A DNA stretch of 64,000 nucleotides from the human T2T-CHM13v2.0 reference genome, Homo sapiens. Of this stretch, positions 16,420 to 27,747 are shown one piece after another; position 1 is the first letter of the stretch; every line of letters begins with the position of its first letter. The stretch is taken from the NCBI RefSeq assembly GCF_009914755.1, contig NC_060925.1. One strand, written 5' to 3'. Made by a program: the position numbers and the translations under genes. The notes below the pieces were generated by a model. The model made no database searches. It was not told where the DNA came from and saw nothing but the letters and a program-made list of their open reading frames with translations.

Positions 16420-19400
16420 GAGGTGGGGCCAAGATGGCCCACTAGAAACAGTGGCGATTGGAGGCTCCCACTGAAAAGAACCATAATAAGCATGTGAATC
16501 TTTCACCAGCAACCAAGGTATCCAGGTTCTCTCATCAGAACTGACTAGGTGGCTGGCATGATCCATGGAGAGTGAGGAAGAGCAGTGTGGTGCGGCAGCC
16601 CACCTGAGAGCCACATGGGGCAGGGGAGATTGCCCTCCCCAGCCAAGGGAGGTGGTTAGTGACTGTGCTACCCAGCTGGGGAAACTGTGCTTTTTCCATG
16701 GAACTGTGCAACCATGGACTGGAAGATCCCACTTGCGAGCCAATGCCACCAGGGTCTAGGGCCCCAATCCCGGAGCCATGCAGATTCTCAACAGCCTCTC
16801 AGCTGGAATCCGCTTAGGCCTGCCAAGCTCCTGGGGGGAGGGGCAACCAGCACCAGAGCTGCAGCTGCCTGCTGTTTAAGCCATTTGAGCTCCTTGGGAG
16901 AGGGGCAGCACCCAGCGCTGGGACTCACAACTGCCTAACACGCTAAGCTCCCTGGGTGGGGGAAGGGCAGCATCCATCTCTATAGCTCCAGACCACACTT
17001 TTCCCCTGCTGGAGCCAGTGAGGCTGGATGGCTTCGTCCCAAAAGTTGTCTCCACAGCCTTACACACCAGCTGTGACAGACTGCAGCCAGAGCACCTCCT
17101 CAGGCCTGACCCTGACTCATCCTTCCTTACTGGGTGGGGCTTCCTGCAGGAACTCCAAAAATTCCAACCAGAGCCTCGGGGATAGAACCCCGATCTCCCT
17201 TGGCCTGAGCCCCTAGGGGAAGGGGTGACCGCAGTCTGTGGACCAGCAGAATTACCCTTTCCTCCTGGTAGTTCTGAGGAATCCAGGCAGCCCAGATGAC
17301 TGGGTTTCCCCCTAGTTAAGTACAGCCCCTCCACCAAGGGACAGTCAAAGTGCTTTGTTAAATGGGTCTTGTTCCCCGTGCCACCCAACTGGGTGAGACC
17401 CTCCAACAGGGGTTGTCAGAAACCCTATACAGGAGCGATCCTGCTGGCATCAGGTTGGTGCCTCTCAAGGTCAGAGATCCCAGAAGAAGGAGCAGGCACC
17501 CATCTTTGCTGTTCTCCAGCCTCCTTGAGTGACATCTCCAAGCACGGGAGTGAACCAGATGAATAGGGCTTGAAGTGAACCCCCAGCAAACAACAGCAGC
17601 CCTATAGAAGAGGGACCTGACCATTGAAAGAAAAACAAACAAACAGCAACAACAGCATCAACAACAACAAAAAGTCTTCACAAAAACCCCATCCCAGGGT
17701 CAGCAGCCTCAAAGATTGAAACTAGACAAACTCACGAAGATGAGAAAGAATCAATGAAAAAACACTGAAAACCCAAAAGGCCAGAGTGCCTCTTCTCCAA
17801 ATGTTCACAATGTCTCTCCAGCAAGGGCACAAAACTGGACAGAGGATGAGATGGACGAATTGACAGAAGAAGGCTTCAGAAGATGGGTAATTAAAAAAAA
17901 CTATGCTGAGCTAACGGAGCTTGCTCTAACCCAATACAAAGAAGCTAAGAACCTTGATAAAAGGTTAGAGGAGTTGCTGACTAGAATAACCAGTTTAGAG
18001 TGGAACATAACCTGATGGGGCTGAAAAACACAGCACGAGAACTTTGTGAAGCATACACAAGTATCAATAGCCAAATCGAACAAGCGGAAGAAAGGATACC
18101 AAAGTCTGAAGACCACCTTGCTGAAATAAGGCATCCAGACAATATTAGAGAAAAAAGAATGAAAAGGAAAGAACAAATCCTCTAAAAAATATGGGACATT
18201 GTATAAAGACCGAACCTACGATTGACTGGCATACCTGAAGGAGATGGGAAGAATGGAAACAAGCTGGAAAACACATATCAGGATATTATCCAGGAGAACT
18301 CCCCCAACCTAGGAAGACGGGCCAACATGCAAATTCAGGAGATGCAGAGAATATCACTAAGATACTCCATGAGCACATCAATCCCAAGACACATAGTCAT
18401 CAGATTCTCCAACATTGAAATGAAGGAAAAAATGTAAAGGGCAACTAGAGAGAAAGGCCAGGTCACTTATAAAGGGAAGCCCATCAGACTAACAGCAGAC
18501 CTTTCAGCAGAAACTCTACAAGCCAGAAGAGATTGGGGGCCAATATTCAACAGTCTTAAAGAAAAGAATTTTCAACCCAGAATTTCACATTCAGCCAAAC
18601 TAAGCTTCATAAGTGAAGGAGAAATAAAATCCTTTTCAGAAAAGCAAATGCTGATGGATTTCATTACTGGCAGGCCTGCACTGCAAGAGCTCCTGAAGGA
18701 AGCACTAAACGTGGAAAGGAAAATCAAGTACCAGCCACTGCAAAACACACCAAAATATAAAGCCTAATGGCACTATGAAGAAACTGCCTCATCTAGTGTG
18801 GAAAATAACCAGCTAGCATCAGGATGACATGATCAAATTCACAATAATAACACTAACCTTAAATGTAAATGGGCTAAATGCCCCAATTAGAAGACACAGA
18901 CTGGCAAATTGGATAAAGAGTCAAGACCCATCAGTGTGCTGTATTCAGGAGACCCATCTCATGTGCAAAGACACACATAGGCTCAAAATAAAGGGATGGA
19001 GGAAAATTTGTCAAGCAAATGGAAAGTCAAAAAAAGCAGAGGTTGCAATTCTAGTCTCTGACAAAACAGACTTTAAGTCAACAAAGATCAAAAAAGAAAG
19101 AAGGGCATTATATAAAAGTAAAGGGAACAATGCAACAAGAAGAACTAACTATTCTAAATACATATGCACTCAATACAAGAATACCCAGATTCATAAAACA
19201 AGTTCTTAGAGACCTACAAAGACATAGACTCTGATGCAATAATAGTGGGAGACTTTAACATCCCACGTTGAACTCAGCTCTGAACGAAGTGGACCTAATA
19301 GACATCTACAGAACTCTCCACTCCAAATCCACAGAATATACATTCTTCTCAGTGCCACATGGCACTTATTCTAAATTCAACCACAAAATTGGTAGTAAAA

Positions 19401-22400
19401 CACTCCTCAGCAAATGCAAAAGAACTGAAATCATAACAAACAGTCTCTCAGACTACAGTGCAATCAAATTAGAACTCAGGATTAAGAGACTCGCTCAAAA
19501 CCACACAATTACATGGAAATGGAACAATCTGCTCCTGAATAACTCCTGGGTAAATAATGAAATTAAGGCAGAAATCAAGAAGTTCTTTGAAACTAATTAA
19601 AATAAAGAGAAAACCTACCAGAATTTCTGGGACACAGCTAAAGCAGTGTTAAGAGGGAAATTTATAGGACTAAATGCCCACATCAGAAAGCTAGAAAGAT
19701 CTCAAATCAATACCCTAACATCACAATTTAAAAAAGCTAGAGAGGCAAGAGCAAACTAATTCAAAAGCTAGCAGAAGACAAGAAACAACTAAGATCAGAG
19801 CAGAATTGAAGGAGATAGAGATAAAAAAGCTCCAAAAAACCAATGAATCCTGGAGCTGTTTTTTTTAAATTAACAAAATACATAGACCACTAGCTAGACT
19901 AATAAAGAAGAAAAAAGAGAATAATCAAATAGACACTATAAAAATGATAAAGGGAATATCACCACTGACCCCACAGAAATAGAAACTATCATCAGAGAAT
20001 ACTATAAACACCTCTATGCAAATAAAATAGAAAATCTAGAAGAAATGGGTAAGTTCCTGGATACATACACCCTCCCAAGACTAAACCATGAAGAAATTAA
20101 ATCCCTCAATAGACCAATAATGAGCTCTGAAATTGAGCCTATATAATAAATAAAATAAAGGGTATTCAAATAGGAAGAGAGCCTACCAAGCAAAAAAAAG
20201 CCCATGACCAGATGGATTCATAGCCGAATTCTACCAGAGGTACAAAGAAGAGCTGGTACCATTCCTTTTGAAACTATTCCAAATAATTGAAAAGGAGAGA
20301 CTCCTCCCTAACTCATTTTATGAAGCCAGCATCATCTTGATACCAAAACTGGGCAGATACACAACAAAAAAAGAAAACTTCAGGCCAATATCCCTGATAA
20401 ACATTAATACAAAAACCCCCAATGAAATACTGGCAAACTGAATCCAGCTGCACATCAAAAAACTAATCTACCATGTTCAAGCTGGTCTCATCCCTGGGAT
20501 GCAAGGCTGGTTCAACATATGCAAATCAATAAACATAATCCATCACATAAACAGAACCAAAGACAAAAACCACATGATTATCTCAATAGATGCAAAAAAG
20601 GTCTTTGATAAAATTCAACATCCCTTGATGTTAAAAACTCTCAATTAACTAGGTATTGATGGAACATATCTCAAAATAATAAGAGCTGTTTATGGCAAAC
20701 CTACAGCCAATATCATATTGAATAGGCAAAAGCTAGAAGCATTCCCTTTGAAAACCAGCACAAGACAAGGATGCCCTCTCTCATCACTCGTATTCCACAT
20801 AGTATTGGAAGTTCTTGCCAGAGCAATTTGGCAAGAGAAAGAAATAAAGGGTATTCATATAGGAAGAGGGAAGTCACATTGTCCCTGTTTGCTGAGGACA
20901 TGATTTTATATTTAGAAAATGCCACTGTCTCAGCCCAAAAGCTTCTTAAGCAGACAAGAAACTTCAGTAAAGTCTCAGGATACAAAATCAATATGCAAAA
21001 TCAGAAGCTTTTTTTTTACACCAACAATAGCAAAGCAGAGAGCCGAATCATGAATGGGAAGAATAAAATACCTAGGAATAGAGCTAACAAGGGATGTGAA
21101 GGATCTCTTCAAAGAGAAGTATAAACCACTGCTCAAATAAATAAGAGAGGGCACAAACAAATGGAAAAACATTCCATGCTCACGGATAGGAAGAATCAAT
21201 ATCATGAAAATGGTCATACTGCCCAAAATAATTTATAGATTCAGTGCTATTCCCATCAAACTACCACTGACATTCTTCACAGAATTAGAAAAAACTACTT
21301 CAAATTTCATATGAAATCAAAGAAGACCCCATATAGCCAAGACAATTCTAAGCAAAAAGAACAAAGCTGGAGGCATCATGCTACCTGACTTCAAACTATG
21401 CTACAAGGCTACAGTAACCAAAACAGCATGGTATTGGTATCAAAACAGACATATAGATCAATGGCACAGAACAGAGGCCTCAGAAATAACATCACACATC
21501 TACAACCATCTGATCTTCAACAAAACTGACAAAAACAAGCAATGGAGAAAGGATGTCCTATTTAATAAATGATGTTGGGAAAACTGGCTAGCCATATGCA
21601 AAAAACTGAAACTGGACCCCATTCCTTATACCTTATACAAAAATTAACTCAAGATGGATTAAAGACTTAAATGTAAAACCTAAAATAATAAAAACTCTAG
21701 AAAAAAACATAGGTAATACCATTCAGGACATAGGCATGGGCATAGACTTTATGACAAAAACACAAAAAACAATGACGACAAAAACACACAAAAAAATGAC
21801 AACAAAGGCCAAAATTGACACATGGGATCTAATTAAACTAAAGAACTTCTGTACAGCAAAAGAAACTATCATCGGAGTGAACAGGCAACCTAGAGAATGG
21901 GAGAAATACCTAATGTAGATGATGGGTTGACCACCATGGCACATGTATACCTATGCACATGTATCTCAGAACTTAAAGTATAATAATTTAAAAAAAGTTA
22001 AAATAAAATATTAATGACTTTCAAAGAAAAAAAGAGTCAAGAAACAATAGATGCTGGCAAGGCTATGGAGAAATAGGAATGCTTTTACACTGTTGGTAGG
22101 AATGTAAATTAGTTCAACCAATATGGAAGACAGCATGGTGATTCCTCAAGGATCTAGAACCAGAAATATCATTTGATCCAGCAATCCCATTACTGGGTAT
22201 ATACCCAAAGGAATACAAATCATTCTATTATGAAGACACATGCACACATGTGTTTACTGAAGCACTATTTACAATAGCAAAGTCATAGAACCAACCCAAA
22301 TGCCCATCAATAACAGACTGGATAAAGAAAATGTGGTACATATACACCACGGAATACTACACAGCCATAAAAAGGAATGAGATCATGTCCTTTGCAGGGA

Positions 22401-22656
22401 CATGGATGAACCTGGATGCTATCATCCTCAGCAAACTAGCACAGGAACAGAAAACCAAACACTGCATGTTTTCACTTATAAATGGGAGTTCAGCAATGAG
22501 AACACATGGACACAGGGAGAGGAACAACATGCACCAGGGCCTGTTAGGGGGTGGGGGGCAGGGGGAGGGAACTTAGAGGACAGGTCAATAGGTGCAAAAA
22601 TTTCATGTTTTTTAAAAAAGAAAAAAATTATATATGCACTCACATATTTTAAAAAA
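16420..22656 (+). mobile_element. Full-length, inactive L1 (L1PA8-like)
   Basis: 5' UTR begins ggggccaagatggcc (YY1 site). ORF1 starts 17740 with an early TGA; ORF2 starts 18824 (ATG ACA TGA) and shows EN/RT peptide fragments. PA8-type 3' UTR gggaacttagaggacaggtcaatagg. 15-bp TSD taaaggaaagaatag at 16405-16419 and 22657-22671. Confidence 0.95.
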
Positions 22657-23689
22657 TAAAGGAAAGAATAGTACTCTGTGTCATTCATATTTTCAGTATA
22701 GCTTATCACATAATTGCCTTTTGGATACTGGCCATTCATGTATAATATTTCTCTAGTAACCAGGTTATCTAACCAAAATGTTTAATTCCCTCACCATAAT
22801 TAAGTAACAGTTTAGTTTACCAGTTATGATCATATCATTTAAAAAAATCTCAATATCTACCACAAGGGAAAACTGCAATCATTCCTTTCTACAGTTAATG
22901 GCTAATTTATTTTATCCCGCTTTTTCATTTTTTGATCCCTTCCAATTTCCAGGAATTTAGAGGTCCCTTCTGGTTTTAGAACGGAGAAACAGGGTTCGTT
23001 TCCATGTGGTACTGATTTTTCACATAGGTAGTGGCAACATTTTACTACAATAAAAAGAGCAAAAGTCAATAATAGATTCACATAAGTGTTTAGCTACAAA
23101 AATGAGACACAGCTAATGGGTGTGTGTCGAAGCAATATTAGATAAAAGCAATTACAGAATAAAATGGCTCAAATCGTAATTCCTAATGAAAAATAGATTA
23201 CTTCATCATAAATTTATCTCCACGAAATTTATTAGACGCATATCTCTTGGGGTATACATATCACTAGAAATTCTCTCTCCAGTGGACTTCTAAAATCACT
23301 GAAATATTACTAATCCCTTATCTGCAGGTGTACTTCAAGAAGTCATCTCATCCCTTTTCCTTTTCATATTCCTTAGAAAGCTGGAAACAGTCCCAGTCCT
23401 CTGTGTGACAGTGAACCCTGAGGCTGCGAGTGTTTTCATTTACAATACTGGGCTTGAATACCTGTTTTTAATTCCCTGGAGATATTTGCCACAAAATTCT
23501 CCCTCAAGCACACAACCTCTTTCTACCTGGTTTCTTTATGCGTTTCGAGCTGGACTTGGAATGAATTGTCTGCAAGCTACCATCCGACAGCCTAACACAC
23601 CATCTTAGGCTTTCCTCGGCTCTCCAGACTGCTGTCTTGCATCCCCAGAGATGGCTTGGGGATAAAAATGAGTTTAAAACCAAACTTTC

Positions 23690-24860
23690 TTTAGCTGGTC
23701 CAGCGGCTAAGTGCAGCTCTGATGCATCCGAGCACGGTGCCCTCTTCTCTCCCAGTACTGCTCTGTGCCCATGGAAAAGGGGGCGGAGGCGAGAGAGAAG
23801 AGGAAGAGGCGGAGGTCACTCGCGCGCCCCATCCCTCCCAGGCTGCCAGCGCAGCTAGGTGCAGAGGGATCCCAGGAGCCGCGCGCGCCCCGCAGTTTCC
23901 GCGCTAAGGGAACGAGTGCGCGGAGGGGACGAGCGGCTGGACCACAGCCGGCGCCCGATCAGGATCTCCGCGCTGGGATCGGTGGAACTTGAGGCAGCGG
24001 CGGCGCGGGGCGCCATGGCACACCGAGCGGCTCCGTCTTCTGCTCCTCAGAGAGCCCGGCTGGCGGCCTGGGATGACAAGGTACCATCCCTCCAGAGGCT
24101 GATCCCAATGCATCGGCTTCGCTTATCTAGACCCAGATTTAATCAACTCACCCCCTGAGACACCCAGCCACAGCTTCTGCTGGCTGAGCCTGACACTGAG
24201 TTTGGACCAGATTCCCCAAGCTAGGGAGACGCATAGAGAAAGAAGGGTACTCGAGCTAACCCATCCCCATTCTGAGCTGCTCTGCGGGGGATTGGGTAGA
24301 AAGGGTCTCAGAAGAGGGAAATCGGCACAGATTCCGCTTCTCGCCGTTGCGGGGTTCCCTGCGGGCGGCACTGCGAGTTCCTCACCCGGGCACGTCCTCA
24401 CTCCCCGTGCCCGGGATGAGGGAGAAAACAGCCCTTTGGCGTTTGAGCAATTGCAGAAAGTTTCAGCGAGTTCGTTAGTTTGGAGGGAATGTTGCGAGGC
24501 CAGGCCGAAGGGCGGGGGGGATAGTAACGGGCGAAAGTCGAACTGTGAGTAAGACCTGGAGAAGGCGACCGTCCTGGGGGTAGCCTAGGCAGTTCCACTC
24601 GGGCTGGGCGCAGGAAAGGCTGGCTCCGGAATTCCCAGCCTCCGGGAAAGCTAGCTGCTCGGGAAACGCCAATCGAATTAGCTCAGAGAAGAGTGGCCGT
24701 GGCCTTGTGTATCCAGTGTCTGTGCCTCAGGCTTCAACCCCCTAGGGAAAGAGTGACAAGCAAATACTTCGCCTTGAATGTTGCTACTCTGAAGCTGTAA
24801 CTGGACAGGATCTTGGCCGAGGTGCACAGTGAGCGTGGCCCGCCCCCTTCCTCATCGCGA
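23690..24860 (+). promoter_or_regulatory. PTGFR: PTGFR CpG island / TATA-less promoter
   Basis: Abrupt CpG and GC enrichment; GC boxes ggggcggag (~23780) and gaggcggag (~23806); Inr-like tcact at 23816-23820. Confidence 0.88.
23818..24080 (+). other. PTGFR: PTGFR exon 1 (5' UTR; start approximate)
   Basis: Lies in the CpG island; donor AAG|gtacca at 24080/24081; matches my recollection of the PTGFR leader. Confidence 0.75.
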
Positions 24861-25234
24861 ATCAGAATTTCTACACAGGGGCAGCTAGACCAGAAAACCT
24901 TCCCAGAGACTCACCACTCTGCTTTTCATGGGTTCAACGTGTGTGTGGTTTGCTGTTATTTGATTTATGCTTAGAAACATATTCAGAAAATCTGCATTTA
25001 ACATCAATGAACTTGCTGGTCCCCTTCCAAAGTTTGGAGATAGTTATGTCTGCCTGACAAGCAGGTCGTTTAACTGAGGAATAATCTGCAGTTTGGGGGC
25101 AAAGCCCACCAGAGGAAAGAGAAGACACTTTAAAAGGTCTCTCTCTCTTTTTTAATAGACTTAGGATTTAAAAAATCTTATTGGGTTTAAATCTAATCTT
25201 GGTAGCGATTTTGTAAAATTTGAAAATTTTAAGG

Positions 25235-25470
25235 TGTCAGTGACGTGTCAGGGGGACATTCAGGAGGAGGAGGAGGTGCTCATTTGCAGAGGGGCCACAG
25301 AAGTTAACCAAGGGGTCTCAATTTCAACAGCTTCTTCACCTTGAAAATGAAATGTGGAACCGCAGGCAGATATGAGCTGCTTTCAGTATGATGCAACCTT
25401 GCTTATGATAGGCCAGATAAAACCCATCCCACCACCGGGTGCTGGGGCACGTCAGTCATAAACGTCAGAT
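25235..25470. promoter_or_regulatory. Cluster of CRE-like motifs in intron 1
   Basis: tgacgt at 25241-25246 and two acgtca motifs within 25449-25468, in otherwise CpG-poor sequence. Confidence 0.35.
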
Positions 25471-25587
25471 GAGCAGTAATGCGGTGTTCATAATTCCTCT
25501 CCCTTTATCCTACAGATGTCTGGACTGCAATCCTGCACAGTTTTGAGAGGGAGATGACTTGAGTGGTTGGCTTTTATCTCCACAACA

Positions 25588-26385
25588 ATGTCCATGAACA
25601 ATTCCAAACAGCTAGTGTCTCCTGCAGCTGCGCTTCTTTCAAACACAACCTGCCAGACGGAAAACCGGCTTTCCGTATTTTTTTCAGTAATCTTCATGAC
25701 AGTGGGAATCTTGTCAAACAGCCTTGCCATCGCCATTCTCATGAAGGCATATCAGAGATTTAGACAGAAGTCCAAGGCATCGTTTCTGCTTTTGGCCAGT
25801 GGCCTGGTAATCACTGATTTCTTTGGCCATCTCATCAATGGAGCCATAGCAGTATTTGTATATGCTTCTGATAAAGAATGGATCCGCTTTGACCAATCAA
25901 ATGTCCTTTGCAGTATTTTTGGTATCTGCATGGTGTTTTCTGGTCTGTGCCCACTTCTTCTAGGCAGTGTGATGGCCATTGAGCGGTGTATTGGAGTCAC
26001 AAAACCAATATTTCATTCTACGAAAATTACATCCAAACATGTGAAAATGATGTTAAGTGGTGTGTGCTTGTTTGCTGTTTTCATAGCTTTGCTGCCCATC
26101 CTTGGACATCGAGACTATAAAATTCAGGCGTCGAGGACCTGGTGTTTCTACAACACAGAAGACATCAAAGACTGGGAAGATAGATTTTATCTTCTACTTT
26201 TTTCTTTTCTGGGGCTCTTAGCCCTTGGTGTTTCATTGTTGTGCAATGCAATCACAGGAATTACACTTTTAAGAGTTAAATTTAAAAGTCAGCAGCACAG
26301 ACAAGGCAGATCTCATCATTTGGAAATGGTAATCCAGCTCCTGGCGATAATGTGTGTCTCCTGTATTTGTTGGAGCCCATTTCTG
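25588..26385 (+). CDS. PTGFR: Prostaglandin F2-alpha receptor (FP), coding part of exon 2, codons 1-266 (exon 2 = 25516-26385)
   Basis: MSMNNSKQLVSPAAALLSNTTCQTENRLS..; six hydrophobic helices, ERC at the end of TM3, prostanoid ECL2 motif QASRTWCF, CWSP in TM6. Acceptor ccctttatcctacag| and phase-0 donor CTG|gtaaga at the intron position conserved in prostanoid receptors. TM7 exon is outside the window. Confidence 0.98.
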
Positions 26386-27398
26386 GTAAGAGCCTGAAGT
26401 TTTGACTTCTGCTTTCTTGGGTTAATCCATGTTCAATTCAAGGTTATCTGGAAGTTCAGTCTTTTAAATGCTGAGAATGATCCCTACTCAAAATTTATTT
26501 CAGCACTCAGCTCTGGCTTAGAATTACATGACATATGACACATATGGTTACTTTCCCACAAGCCCTGAAGTGAAAGAAATGTGTTGCTAAACAATTCTAA
26601 CCATAGTGTTAGCTTCCTGCAAAGCAGTGTAGTTCTAACAGAAGTTACATATTTTTAACATACTGAATATGATTATTTCTAAAATGTGAACAAAATGACC
26701 AACTATAAAACAACATTTGAACAGATTGCAGTAAGTCTTGATAGAAAGTCACATGAACTTTTAACTTGTAAACAGGGCATATTAGCTACTGGGTTCTCCA
26801 AAGCATGTAATGACCAGAACTGCAAAGGGTGGTGCTGAACTGAGATAGGTGGATAGTTCAGGTGTACTGCATGGATAGTTCAAGTGAAGAAATCAGTAAT
26901 TCACTAACTCAGGAACAATGCCATTAGTCCAGGGAGAGGTATGTTTGGCAGGAAGGCCAGAGATTCCTCCCTTTTTGTTTCATTCATTTAACATTTTAAT
27001 TTAACCAGCATCTGTATGTGATAGCCTGATAGTTTAATTTGGAAATGAAAGCTAAAGTGAAGCTGTTAGAAACAAACATAAATCATATCACTTTCCAGAT
27101 AGAAGACAAAAATCATATTTATGATAGATAAGTATGACCTTAACTCCTTCTAATGTTTTGCTTTATAATGTAAGAAGTGACAACATGCCATGAAAGAAAA
27201 CAAAAACAAAAACAAAAAAAACCCTTCTGTAGGGAGCAAGTGACAGCAAAGATTTTCTTTTTTCCCTCGTCTGTAACAATGGGGAAGTGGGAGGGCATCC
27301 AGAGATAGCAATCCAGGTGGGGTGGAAGTAAGACAAAGGTAGTGGTTGTACCTTACCTGGTAGAATGAAGGTGCTTGTTACTAATGCAGTTTTCCTAG

Positions 27399-27747
<349 letters not shown>

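Noticed and set aside
22546-22569. G-quadruplex upstream of the promoter
   Set aside because: It is the standard G-rich tract of L1 3' UTRs (also at ~13645-13660); no locus-specific evidence.
17740-22576. Active L1 ORF1/ORF2
   Set aside because: Early stops in both ORFs, many frameshifts and deletions.
23637-24672. Overlapping ORFs in the CpG island
   Set aside because: Expected from GC richness; only the spliced uORF from 24015 is kept.
25567-25587. ORF-track start for PTGFR at 25567 and end at 26397
   Set aside because: 25567 is a TTG; the known protein starts at ATG 25588 and the exon ends at the 26385 donor, so the VRA* tail is intronic.
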